NCBI RefSeq assembly: GCF_018350175.1
Contig: NC_058368.1
Span: 169,386,001-169,450,000 of the forward strand
DNA length: 64,000 nucleotides
Direction of reading: 5' to 3'
Source: Felis catus
Lineage: Eukaryota
Shown: piece after piece, positions 51,693 to 64,000 of the stretch
Numbering within the stretch: the stretch's first letter is position 1
How the letters are laid out: every line of letters begins with the position of its first letter
Notes under the pieces: model-generated
What the model saw: only the letters and a program-made list of their open reading frames with translations
Told to the model about the DNA's origin: nothing
The model's database searches: none
Made by a program: the position numbers and the translations under genes

Positions 51693-54300
51693 TGGGATGG
51701 CTTGCATTTGAAAACTAAGTTTAATAAAGCCGATTTATCCATGGCCACAAGAAGTAAGCCCTGGTCCAGGAGTCAATAAGTTTTAGCCTAACTGCTTTCT
51801 GATCTTCAGCAAAACCTCATCTCTTTGGGCCCCATGTCCTTGCCTTACCTGTAAATGAGCAGGTTGGACTAGATGACTTTGAGGATCCAGCCCAACTCTG
51901 ATGTCCTGTGCTTTCATCTCTGAGAAAGTGGGGTGTGACAGAACTGAAAACCAGACGACATGTCTTGTAGTCCCTGCCTTGCCATTTAAGAGCTCGTTAA
52001 ACCTTCCTAAGCCTTAGTTTCTTTCATCTGTAAAATCCATCCCAGTTCTTAATTCTATGATATTTATGATGTTGCTTATCGAGTTGAACAATCACAAACA
52101 TAAGATCTCAAAAATTACCTTTAAGATTTCATATTGTACAGACTGTAGCGTATCAACAACCCAATTTGATCATCAACCACCAGCATTTATTGTGCAAGCC
52201 AAGGTTTTATCATCAAAACCTTGCAGGGGTGAGAGGATGCATGTTTTGCCAATGTAATTCAGTAGAGGTGGCTTTACTTGCCCAATTGCAACCGAATTTT
52301 AAATCACTGTTAGTATTTAGCACTAATTACCGCCATGCTGTCTGGTTTTCATGAGGTTAAACACTGTGTCAAGTTGATAAGTTATGTATTTTTAAGAGTC
52401 TAGATTGCCTGCTTCCTATAGAATGGTGCCACTGGCAAGCAGCCAAACAAGCACAGATTGGCACCTTCACATGATTGGCCATTGGAAAGCTGCATGCCCA
52501 CGGAGGTGCTTATGTAGCCTGCTTCCTGTAGTAGGTTCCACTTTAGGGTCTGGCCAATTCGCCGCCTTCCTCCTTCAGGAAATAAAGCATCATTTTTTGT
52601 ACTCACTTGATTATGGGCCAGGCGATTGTCTGAGCTGTGAGAGTACACTGAGCAAAGAATGGCTGCTCCCAAAGAGATATCTATAAGATGCAGCTTGCAT
52701 TGCTCTGAGGTGCAGACTGTGCTCATCATTTTCCATTCTGTCTTACTGGCTTTCCTCTAAAAGCCTGAAACACAAGTGTTGGCTGCCAAAGATGGTTTGA
52801 ATCTTTATCTGGCAGCTGCCAAAGTCAAAGAGAGAGACAAAGAGATGGGGAGTAGCATTTATTGAGCACCTCCTGTTGTTGCCAGTCACTATTTAACTCA
52901 TTCAATGCTCATGAAGTGACATCAGACATGATGGAATCCACAAGCCCAAACAACATGGTCAGCACTCTGTCTCTATCTCCCAGCTCTGCTTTTCCCCACT
53001 TGACTGTTCTCACGTGGGCACTCTTCATGCAGCAGCAAGATGGCCACCAGCAGCCCCACTCTCACATCCTCTTAGGTTTGCAAGCCCATGGATGGAAGAC
53101 TTCTCCTTTCCCCATCTGGACAGCAATCTCAAGGAGATTCAGATTGGCCTTATTCTTTCACATGTTCATGACTGACTCCATCACCCCTCTGCAGCATGGC
53201 AAGCTTGCTCAAGAGTCAGGGTGGTACAATGGTGGCCAGCCCTAGTGTAGAATGGGGAAGAACTTTCTGTAAGGAACCAAAAGAAGAGGAATGGCAACCC
53301 TTGCTAGACAGACAAAAACTCTGTGTCTGTCCAAATAGCTACCACAGACCATTGCAATGACCTACTTAAGAATAATGTTAGTTTGAGTTGTCAATTTGAA
53401 TGTTTTCTCTAGTAGAACTATATCAAGAAGCAAAGGGGAAAGTTAAGAGCCATTTACCAAGTCTCAGTGAGAATGTATATTAATACACAATTTATCAGAC
53501 AAGCTACATAAATCCCTTTTCATCTTTTTTTCTTCTTTTTTCATCTTTTGATGACTCTTGTGGAGAAATGGCAGTTAGCTTTCTCTTGGATACGTATGCA
53601 GTCATCTAGATTTAAAGGCATATGGTCTATCTTGGATCGTTTACAGATTGCAAGATGGCTCTGAAGCCAAACTTGCTGCTTATTTCATGCCCTGCACATT
53701 TAATTACTGCTTGATGTGAATGAAGCATTTTATCCGAAGATACGTGCTGCTGAAATTTTAGCTGGGTTGAGTCATAAAACAGTTTTCAACAGATTGAGGC
53801 AATCTTAGAAAGAAGTTTGTGAAGAAAGTTGGCTTGAACTATTGCACTGTAAATCATAAATGTTTTGAAATTAGTCTGATCATTGCTGGATAAGATGACA
53901 AATACAAGTGTTCCTGGTTTAGTATTTTTCTGGAAAATTCTGGGGCTAAAAAGCAAAATTCTCCTATTGGGGTTAATCAGTATTAGTAAATGGTTAACTA
54001 TTAAACAGACAGGTTCTGTAAGAAAGAGGGCATTTCCCCTGGTCACCTCTTTCATTTTTGGGTTACACTTTACTTTTAGTTTGCTAAACTAATTTTTCTG
54101 CAGCACAAGCTTTCTTATTTCTACTCTTTGGCTTTTCTTCCATGACTTCACGTGAGTGAAACCATTCCTCTAGCTGGTCATCTTAGGTGGTACTAGCCTG
54201 GGCAGGGAAGGAGCAATAACTGGGGAGACTGTATAATCTGGTGTTTCAGCAGAAGAGCTCACGAGTTCAGGTTGTTCTATCTCATGTGTCACTCCACCGA

Positions 54301-54516
54301 TTTTTTTTTTAATTTTAAATGTTTTATTTATTTTTGACAGAGAGACAGAGTGCAAGTGGGGGGGGGGGGACAGGAAGGGAGACACAGAATCCGAAGCAGG
54401 CCCCAGGCTCTGAGCTGTCCACACAGAGCCCGAAGAGTGGCTTGAACTCGTGAACCATGAGACCATGACCCGAGCTGAAGTAAGATGCTTAACTGACCAA
54501 GCCACCTAGGCACCCC
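54301..54516 (-). mobile_element. Felid Can-SINE
   Basis: Reverse-complement SINE body and T-tail. Confidence 0.93.
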
Positions 54517-55353
54517 CAATTTTTAATTTTGTAAACATAAATGTAGGGAAGTGGCTAGGCTTATGGTAAGGACTGGGTAAAATAATGCTAGTAAACTGCC
54601 CAGCGCAGTATCTGGCAAGTGTCCTTCATATAAAGTGGCTGCTGTACTGTTATCATCCAAGGTTTCTGTCCATGCACATTCTTCATACTGGAACACTTGA
54701 GTGGTACGGGGTAGCTACCAGCCACTTATGGTTCCTGGATGCCTACTATGAACTGTCCTCTGCTTTTTGCTTCTCTACTGCCTTTCCTCCATGCAAAATA
54801 ACTCTGTCAAAATGCGGGGGAAAAAAATTATCCAAGCTCTGATTCTAAGAAACAGGCTGGAGAAAGTAATTTTATTGATTTATTTAAACTCCCCCAAATC
54901 CCAGCAAGCATTATCCACACTTCTGAGTCTCCACACAGGCTGTTCATTCAGTCAGGAACACTTTTCCTCTTGGATGTGGTTCATGAGCCTTCTCACGATC
55001 AAGATCATAGTTTACATTCTTTTCTCTCCAGAAAGCCTTGCCCTACTCCTGCTCCAAAGCCAGGGTTTGATGATGCATCTTCTAGGTCTTCTAGGCCTCC
55101 TAGCACATTAGACTCCCTTACCACAGCAGTGTTCACTCGGATGACTGATTATGGGAGCTCCAGGAAGGGCAGAGGTCATTTCTGCCTCATTGATCCGTAT
55201 TGATCATTGTGCTTTGGGCATCTAGCACGGTGCCTGGCCAAGGCAGGCTCTCAATAAATGTCCTTCTTTGGCAACACATGTCAGTTCCTTTTCTAGACGG
55301 GGCTCAAGGATCATTTGCACTTCTGTATCTCCTCAGGTTATCTGCCTCCTGGA

Positions 55354-55510
55354 GCAGTGCTGCTATTATGGTGGAAATGTTCAATGGCTGTGCTGGCTCG
55401 CAGAGTAGCAACCAGCCACATGTGAACATGTGAAATGTGGCTACTGCAACTGAGGAACTTACATTAGTTTAATTTAAGTACCCATATGTGCTATCATATT
55501 AGCCAACATG
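55354..55510. mobile_element. MER3/MER33-like hAT relic
   Basis: gtagcaaccagccacatgtg...tgaaatgtggctactgcaactgaggaact motif. Confidence 0.6.
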
Positions 55511-55852
55511 GTCCAAGAGCCTGAGGTTTAAAGGTTTGTTTCCAGGAGCTGTAACCTGAGGAACTTTCACTTTTTTGGGAAGACAGAATGATCACAAAAT
55601 CCAGAAGATTGGCAACAGAACCCAAGTTTATCTAATGTTTGGAAACAGGTTCCCAAATAACACATATATTGTGTAACTTGATGGCTGATGTAAATAAGCA
55701 TTTGGGTTTTAGGAAAAGCAGCTTAGTGCTTACCTGTTCTGATACCTTATAGCTGTGTGATTCGGACAACTCACTTAACATCTTTGTGTATAAGTTTCCT
55801 TATGTATAAAATGGAGTTGATAATAGTTTCTCCCTCATATTGTGCTCAGTGA

Positions 55853-55854
<2 letters not shown>

Positions 55855-55895
<41 letters not shown>
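55855..55895. repeat. (GT)n microsatellite
   Basis: About 20 perfect units within a MIR. Confidence 0.95.
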
Positions 55896-55897
<2 letters not shown>

Positions 55898-58058
55898 CAT
55901 GTAATAAAGTGTTGAGTATAGTGCCTGACACATATTATGTTCTCAAAAATGCTAATCACCATGATTAATTATCCTAGTCTTCCATTTCTAAATCAGTATG
56001 GCATTTGAGTATACAGAGGTATGTGTATGTGTGTATATATATACACACCCCAATACACCCACTACATTTGCTTCCTAAGCTTCAATCAGGCAGAATAAGA
56101 ATGTGAGTGTAAAGTGCTAGGAGAAGGTCAGACATCTATCTATGTCTGATGGAATGTTAACCTGGACCATTAGTAGAGAAGGTGGCTCATTTTAGAAAGG
56201 TAAAGTATCTTGAAATGTTGTTTTTAAAGAGCAACAATGTTTGCAGTGGGAGTAGACTTACTGCTTGCAGGAAGGCTTTGTTACAAACATTTCTATTCTC
56301 CTTCTCCATTTGTGTCACCTGTCCAGGTTGCCCTTTTGCCATCCTCCCAATAGGCAACATGTTGAGTAGGCAGCTGCCTTGTACATGCACCAAAGGGACA
56401 GAAATGAGCTGAAACAGTAAGTCCAAAATCCAACCTTCGAGTTTTACTATTCAAATCAGTGTGGTATACAATGTTTGTGTATTTTTAGTGGCCCCTTAGC
56501 CCCATTATTAGGAAACTGTGTGAGCAAGGGTAGGTCAGGGAGAAGGTTCACAGAATCAGTAGCTGATTTGCAAGCCCAAGGAATCTGCATGAAAGGCAGC
56601 AGTAAAAGTCAGTCATCAGCTCTGATATTTATAGTGAGAGGGAAGAAAGAAACAAGAGAAAGCCATGAAACGTTATCAGCAGGTCAGGAAAACAGAGCCA
56701 TTCAATGTAACTCATACCTTACTACCGTTCTTCACTAAAAAAAAAAAATGTGTATGATGTATATGTGGGGTCTTCTTTTTAAGAAATGGAAACAAGGAAC
56801 TGTCCTCCCTCTGAGCAATGGTGTATGGTAAGCTACTATATCCTTTTGATACAAGAAATTGAAATGAACTAACCACAAATGCCGAGTGAGGAGATATAAA
56901 AAGCAATATAAGGCTTCCTTTGTTATTTTTCCCCTGCTTTTTTATGTCAGAAGTTGGGGAATCATGCTGAATTTCAAATAATCTGCTTGGTCCCAATACC
57001 AAACTGTTGAGTATTATTTTGCAACTTGAGATACATCTTAAAAAACATCTTATAAGATATATTTGGTAGAGTGAGAAGACAGAAAAAAACATAGTGCTCA
57101 CATGATATTAGAAGAATATCTAGCGGCTTGCAAATTAGGAACAATACAATATTGTACAAGCAGCAAGCATTCATTTTATTGTCAATACTCACAAACAAAT
57201 AGCAATAGTCTCAGGGGCTCTGAAAACTATTGAAACTCCTGAAATGCCACAGAATTGGGGAGTTTTAACATGTCCTGATGGCCTGCCACTATGGTAAGTC
57301 CAGAATTACCTGGAGTTATTGCTTGTTTTTGTAACTTGGATTTATTATCATCCTGGGAGATTAGACCATGGTGTTTGGAGTTCTAACTGACCCTCCATGT
57401 TTAAAGATTACTCCTTTATACTACTGAGCAACTGGAAAGCAGGCAAGCCTTTTGGGGGTAATTAGGCTCAAATATAGATTTAAATGAAAACATATATGTA
57501 CCCATTCTTAATATGTCTTCTTGGATCTCTGAGCGGCATCTGTCTTAGCATTGAAATTGCTCCTTGGATTAGAATTAGGTCCCTTTGGGAAGGTTTATAA
57601 AAGCATTTGCTTTTGTGAGGCCATTGGTTTTCCACTGCAGTGAGTTAATGAAGCTAGCAGCAACAACAGAACATTAGGAGTCTGAAGGAAGAGTAGCTCT
57701 CTCCACCCCTCATTTTGCATGTGAGAAAACTGGAACCCCAGAGGTTGAAGGCTCTGCCCCGTTCAGCTCACATGCTAGTCAGAGGTAAGACTGGTCCTAG
57801 AATGGCACTTTCTAATGCTCGTCTCGTGCTCCTTTGACCCCAGCATGCTCCTGGAATTCTATAGCACCCAGCACCAACAACAATGCCTGGCACATAGTAG
57901 GCTCACAATAAATGTGTATTGACTAATTGAATGGCCTCCGAGCCTTATATTTTTAAAACATAGTTTTTAATTAGTTACAAGTGCTGACCAAATCTGGTTT
58001 GGGGAGAGGCTGGCCAAATGCTAACAAGACCATTACGAATAAGAAGAGGAGCTAATTG

Positions 58059-58187
58059 GCTGGCTCAGTTGGTAGAGCATGCTACTCTTGATCTTAGGGT
58101 CATAAGTTCAAGCCCCACATTGGACCTACAGCTTGAGTAAAACAAAACAAAACAAAACAAAACAAAACAAAACAAAACAAAACAAAA
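58059..58187 (+). mobile_element. Short old tRNA-derived carnivore SINE with (AAAAC)n tail
   Basis: A box tggctcagttggtagagc, B box agttcaagccc, microsatellite tail. Confidence 0.85.
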
Positions 58188-59967
58188 AGAAGAATATAAA
58201 CAGGAGGAAATAATTCATCTGTAGCCTATAGTAGTAGCTGAAACTTATCTCATGATGCAGAGAGGCTGGAAAGGTGGTAACCTGTGACTATATCAGAAGC
58301 ACTAAAACATTCTTGGTTATGATGCAGAAAAACATACTATGAGATTCCTTTGCTTTCTGCTGCTATTCAAACAGCAGGTGTGTGCTCAGAATGGTTCTTT
58401 TAGAGAAAACAGGGTGAAATTTTGACATCAAAAGGTCTGGAGATAACCCTAGTAATAAGAATGACCACTGGGGAAAGAACATCCCTCTTTTAGACTGAAT
58501 TAGAATATAGCTATTTTGAGCATTTTTATTCAAAAAAATGGAAATTTTGCTTAATTTCCATTTATCCTGTTCTAAGTCTACCAACCCTGCAAAGCAGAGG
58601 CATGATTGATCTTAAAATGTCAATCTCTCACCTAAGGAGAGGAAAAAAAGATTTATTTAAAGAATAAAATGTCATAGGGGTTCTTAGGAAAAAAGCTCCT
58701 GGGTTTGGATTTTCTCTTGACAGCCAAGCTTCCAAGTGAGTAATTTTGCCTCTCCATCCATCTTGTAGCAGCTCCCTAGATAGCTATGAGCACAGACATC
58801 CAGACTAGCAAATGTTTGCATGTTTTAGCCTCCTTTTTGGCAGTTCATCTACCTGGGCACTGGCTTTTAGTAAAGAGTTCTTGGTACCAAAAGAAAACGT
58901 CCTCAGGACTTTAGGGAGATAATAAAGCTCTACTCTTGAATACGCTCATGCCAATAAAAATTCATCCACTAGGCTGGGGTTGGGATAAAGGAGCTAGAAC
59001 TCAGTGTCTTTGGTTTAGTCCTAGGGGATCCAGGAGGCAAGTGAAACCTACAATGTGAAGAGCTCACTTGAGTGCAGTTTAAAGTATGAGTGGGTACAAA
59101 AAGGTGAATGGATTCATCAGAGGGCCCAAATAATTCTCAGCATCTCTATGCAGTCTGCATTATATTGTATATCCAGCTTCTGTAGCAGTGCCTGCCTGGA
59201 AAAGAAGTGTTTGATGATTATTTGTTACAAATAATTCAGTATTAAAATTAGAGAAAATCTCCCACTGGTTTAGATATGGACAGAAATTTATATTGTTTGT
59301 AAAAATGTATCCATTGTTTTAGGACCCTGTGAACTGAAAAATAAAACCAACAAAAAATGAATTTAAAAACACCTTGAGGTGTTGTCTAAATTGGCCTCCT
59401 ATTTCAGGAAAAAAGTCTTACTCAAATCACTCTAGATGAATGAATTCCATTTCTGAAGACCTTTAGGTGGACAATGTCGGTATATATAAGTCCAGGAACG
59501 GGGGCTTTGGTTTTCTTTGTGTGAGGGTAAACAATTCCTGTTCTTGACATTTTTTGTGTTTTCCAGATGGTGGGCAGATTAATGGTGCCTCTTATTATTG
59601 CTCTGGACTGGCTGCAGGTGGTCCCTGGTCATCCTGACAGCCTGGAAAACTAGTTTCCTCTCCTCATCCTTGCAGTCATTACAGAAGAGCAAAGGGCAGA
59701 AAGAAGAATCCCTGTCACAGCAGAAAACTGGACCAAGGAAGAACCACTCTAAAGATAGGAATCAATGGCCTGCTCTCACTCTTAGGGAGCTGAAGGAATG
59801 GGTCACTCTCTCTAAGGACCAGTAGGCTGCTAGAACTGAAGACTTATTTGTCCTTTTAAAGATGGGAAGGGACAGAGAGGCATACATGAGAACACAGATG
59901 CAGTTGGCTACTCTGAAATAACTTGGAGAGCATAGCTCCAAGAAAGAAAAAGGGGAAGGGAGCCAAC

Positions 59968-60302
59968 AATGGCCTGAATGTTCCTGTGTCTCCCCATATT
60001 CATATGTTAAAATCCTAAGCCCCAAAGGTGATAGTACTTTGTGGTACGGCCTTTGGGAGGTGCTTATGTCATGAGGGTACAGCCCTCATGAAGGGAATTA
60101 GTGCTCTTATAAAAGAGAGCCCTCTTGCTCCTTCCACCATGTAAAGAAAAAGACACAAGAAGAAGTCTGCGACCTAGAAGACAACCCTCACACAACCTTG
60201 ATGGTACCTAGATCTCAGGTTTCCAGCCTGCAGGTCTGTGAGCAATAAATTTATGTAGTTTATAAGTTCCCCAGTATATGGTACTTTGTATCAGCCTGAA
60301 CT
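59968..60302 (+). mobile_element. MLT1A-type solo LTR
   Basis: atggcctgaatgttcctgtgtctcccc...gccctcatgaagggaattagtgctcttataaaaga...aataaa. Confidence 0.8.
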
Positions 60303-60536
60303 ACCACAGAGTCAAACTAAGAGTGTTCCTCATTAATTCTCTAAAGAATGAGTCTACCAGGAAACCGCCTATTCTAACTTTCCATATAATGCAAGTTTCA
60401 TTCATTTCTTTATTCATTCAACAAATAGAGCAGCTTAGACCAAGATTATGGGTTGGCTTGGGAAATATCTCTGCTTCTTAGCAGAGAATCATGCAAGAAA
60501 TTTACATGCGATTTCAGATTATTTTAAATAACTTCC

Positions 60537-60922
60537 TTTTTTTTAAGTTTATTTATTTAAATAATCTCTACACCCAACATGGGGCTTGAACTCATGGTCC
60601 TGAGATCACAAGTCACATGCTCTTCCAAATGAGACAGCCAGGCACCCTACAGACTGTTCTAAATACTTTCTGTAGGTGACATATTAACATGCATATGATC
60701 CAAACATACCAAGGACAAAGAGGATGATCTCAAAATAAAACCACCCTTCAAAAATTATTATTATTATTATTTTTAAATTTTTATTTATTTTTTTTTTTGA
60801 GCGAGAAAGACAGAATCCCAAGGAGGCTCCACATTGTCAGTGCAAAACCTGATGCAGGGCTCGATCTCATAAACCGTGACATGACCTGAGCTGAAGTCAA
60901 GAGTCGGACACTTAACTGACTC
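60537..60922 (-). mobile_element. Two SINEs: short old type (60537-60647) and 5'-truncated Can-SINE (~60755-60922)
   Basis: TSDs cagattattttaaataactt/cagactgttctaaatactt and cttcaaaa(a/c)tta. Confidence 0.85.
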
Positions 60923-63123
60923 TTCAAAACTTACTAAAAAGGCTTGGAAGATGTTACAGTGAAGAGATAGTTTGGCATGAAGTCAGGGTCCGAATGTACC
61001 AGAACTGCTATATCTTAGCAAATTTACTCTCCTAGGGGCAACATAATATACATGAAACTGCAAATGCACAGGCCTTCCATTCCCCAGTGGCTGTTGGGAA
61101 ATACTTTGATTTATTTGGAATCTGCCAAGAAAACAGTTTACCCTTTCAGTTATGTCTCATTTTATGTTTTTGAATTTTTAATAAGTTTTATTGATTCTTG
61201 TTGACCATTTTTCTATGACACACTGAGAAAAGTAAATTGTTTTAGTATTTTCTCTCTAAACAACTACATACAATTTAATTATATTGCTTTTCATTTGTAT
61301 AGTTCTTGGATGCTATTTTCCCCTCTTTGTATCAATGACTCATCATAGGAAAAAAAAATATTCCCATCCATTTCTTACTTGGTATTTATATGACTGTAAG
61401 GAAAGACATTGGCTTAATCCACAAACTACTGTAGCCAGATTGTTGCAGAAATATGAATTAATTAATGCAGAACTAAAGTACTGCTGTTACCAGGAACCAG
61501 AGAGTTAAATCCAGGATCCAAGGTAAGTGCTATAAGTGAAAGTGGCTGGGATTTGTGTCTGAATCATGGTGGAGGTATTAAAATGTAAGAGAGAGGGTGG
61601 GATGGAGAGACCAAGAAAACCTTACCACAGCACGTGGAAGTTTCTCCTTAGGAGAGCCTTGTGGCTCATTGTGCCTGTCAAGTAGGCTAATGTGCCTGTA
61701 AATTTCCTCTGACAGAAAACACATCACAGCAGCAACACCAGAAAACAACACAACCAAACTGTGGAAGACTGAAAGCCCAGTGCTTTCAAGGATGATCAGA
61801 ATATAACACAGAAAAAAAAATACAAGGCATTGAAAATAAACAAAGGCTAGGAAGAAATGAGATCACTTTCTAAGAAGAAAGCATTTATCATTTATAGGCC
61901 AAAGGAAATGCTTCTCCCACATCCATTTTTTATATATTGTTTGGCGGTCTCAGTTCAAGGTCAAAAGTATCAGAGGACAAAAAGAATATGACTCAAGATT
62001 TAAGATTTGTCATGACTGGCTTTGTAATTGCATAAATATTAAATATGTAGAAATAATTGTAAGCACATTATCTCCATATCTCCACACGTTGCTTTAATTT
62101 TTAATGTAATCTTTTATCCGCCGTTTCCTTAGCTGGCTGTGGGTTTGTGATTTGCATAGCTAGAATGATCTGGTGCCATCAATTTAGTAATGAAGTCACT
62201 CATTGAGCAGAAGAGGCTTCTAAAGATTATACTAAGCTGTAGGAAAGAAGAGTGTGGAAATGAAATTTTATGTTTCAGGTAAATGGGAAGTTTATTTTAT
62301 AGCACATTTCCCACTGTAAATTTAATATGGCCACTTTAAAATAAATTTGGAAAACAAAGAAGAGGGTGTACCCACATTTTCATCATCCTAACTTTTCAGT
62401 GTTTTATATTCTGGTCTTTTAAACCTATGCATATATATTTTTAACATAGATGTAAGCACTATGTGTGTGTTCATATAATCTTGTATCCTGCTTTTTGTCT
62501 CTTACTAACATAGTTATCATAACTAACTTTTATGACTGTAAAATAATAAAGAAAAGAGAGGTCCATAATTTACTCACCCCTTAAGTTTCTGGTGGCTAGT
62601 ATAGCAAAGTGGTTAAGCAGCTCATACTGGAGCCAGAAAAGTCAAACATCAGCTCTGCTACCTAAGTGTGTGGATTTGGGCAGGTTAGTGAAGGCTGTGT
62701 CTCAGTTTCCTCATCTATGAAGTGGGGATAATAACAGTGCCTCTATGAGGGTGTTCTTTTGGCAGTTTAAGGAAATAATCCATGAAAAGCACCTAGCCTG
62801 TCTCTATTATACAGTAAGTACTAAAATGAAGTGTTATTAAAGACAAGAAAGTTAAATACATGACACTGGGTTTCAAAATTAACAACAACAAAAAAAGCTT
62901 GAGTCCTACAAAACTGAGTCTCCTGAGATAATGCCACCACCCCAGAAGTTCCCATGTGCCTTTTACTGGTAACAACTCCCTACCTTCACTACTAACCAGA
63001 TTTTGACGGTTAACATGTCCTTGTTTTGCTTCATACTTAACATGTAAGTATGCTTCCCAGAAAATATAGCTGAGTTTTGCCTGCTATTGAACTTAATATA
63101 AATGGAATCTTTCTCTCTCTCTC

Positions 63124-63542
63124 TTTTAATGTTTATTCATTTTTTTGATGTTTATTTATTTTTGAGAGACAGAGACAGAGCACGAGTGGGGGAGGAGCAG
63201 AGAGAGAGGGAGACACAGAATCCAAAACAGGCTCCAGGCTCTGAGCTGTCAGCACAGAGCCCAACATGGGGCTCGGACTCAGACTGTGAGATCATGACCC
63301 GAGCCGAAGCCAGACGCCGAACTGAGTCACCCAGGCGCCCCAATGTTCATTCATTTTTGACAGAGACAGACAGAACATGAACAGGGGAGGGGCAGTGAGA
63401 GAGAAAGAGTCATAGAACTCGAAGCAGGTTCCAGGCTCTGCACTGTCAGCACAGAGCCCAACATGGGGCTGGAAGTCATGAACTGTGAGATCATGACCTG
63501 AGCCGAAGTTGGATGCTTAACTGACTGAGCCTGCCAGGTGCC

Positions 63543-63544
<2 letters not shown>
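63124..63544 (-). mobile_element. Nested Can-SINEs: inner copy 63145-63341 in the tail of an outer copy
   Basis: Inner TSD aatgtt(t/c)attcattttt at 63128-63144 and 63342-63358. Confidence 0.92.
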
Positions 63545-63580
<36 letters not shown>

Positions 63581-64000
63581 ACACACACACACACACACAC
63601 ACAATATCACTTTGTATTTAGGAGGCATACAATTCAAGGCTTGATTTTGTTGGGATGAAGAAAGGTTTGGACAGGGAGCCAGAGAACTTGGCTTCAAGTC
63701 CAGTCTCCATGAGATCTCAGGCAAATCTTTGTGCCTCCCTGGGGCATGTAAAATTTTCGTATGTGCTAAGTGTCTTTGAAGCTTTGGAGTACTAAATTGT
63801 TAAGCTTTTCCTATTTGAGTACTGTGCTGGCATATGAGAAACTAGAGCCAAAGATAATCCAGAGGAAGACCTGGGGCCTGCTAGATATAAGCCTCCTCTT
63901 CCCAAAAACCATGCCAATAACAGTGTCCGCAAACAAAGGACTATAAAAGAATGAAAGTGATCCTACACCACAAATAATTTTCCCTTCTCTGTTATATCCA

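Noticed and set aside
58059..58135. tRNA gene
   Set aside because: It has A/B boxes but no complete cloverleaf, and carries a repeat tail, so it is a tRNA-derived SINE.
1385..63724. Recurrent short ORFs of the type RGAWVAQ...ASDSVSPSLSAPP
   Set aside because: These are translations of Can-SINEs, not a gene family.

Overview
Mammalian genomic DNA, almost certainly a felid: it carries about 22 felid/carnivore Can-SINEs, including a very young CpG-intact copy, plus a young 5'-inverted L1, ERV/MaLR solo LTRs, and MIR, L2 and MER relics. I find no intact host protein-coding gene. The ORF track is dominated by spurious and repeat-derived ORFs. Hand translation through stops and frameshifts shows a decayed cluster of three apparently spliced genes between ~26.1 and ~48.9 kb. 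(1) On + (~37.5-44.85 kb) is a relic of a segmented negative-strand RNA virus (bunyavirus-like) L polymerase, with RdRp motifs F, A, B, C, D/E and a thumb-region motif in the correct order, and apparent GT-AG introns. (2) Head-to-head with it on - (26,080-34,123) is a five-exon gene for a ~520-aa type I membrane protein, a candidate viral glycoprotein. (3) Convergent with L on - (~46.6-48.5 kb) is a third spliced relic, possibly a nucleoprotein. Together they suggest an ancient, once-domesticated RNA-virus gene set (L+G+N) that is now pseudogenised. Separately, two solo LTRs each contain a 155-228 bp copy of nearby flanking DNA. Viral motif comparisons are from memory and need database confirmation.
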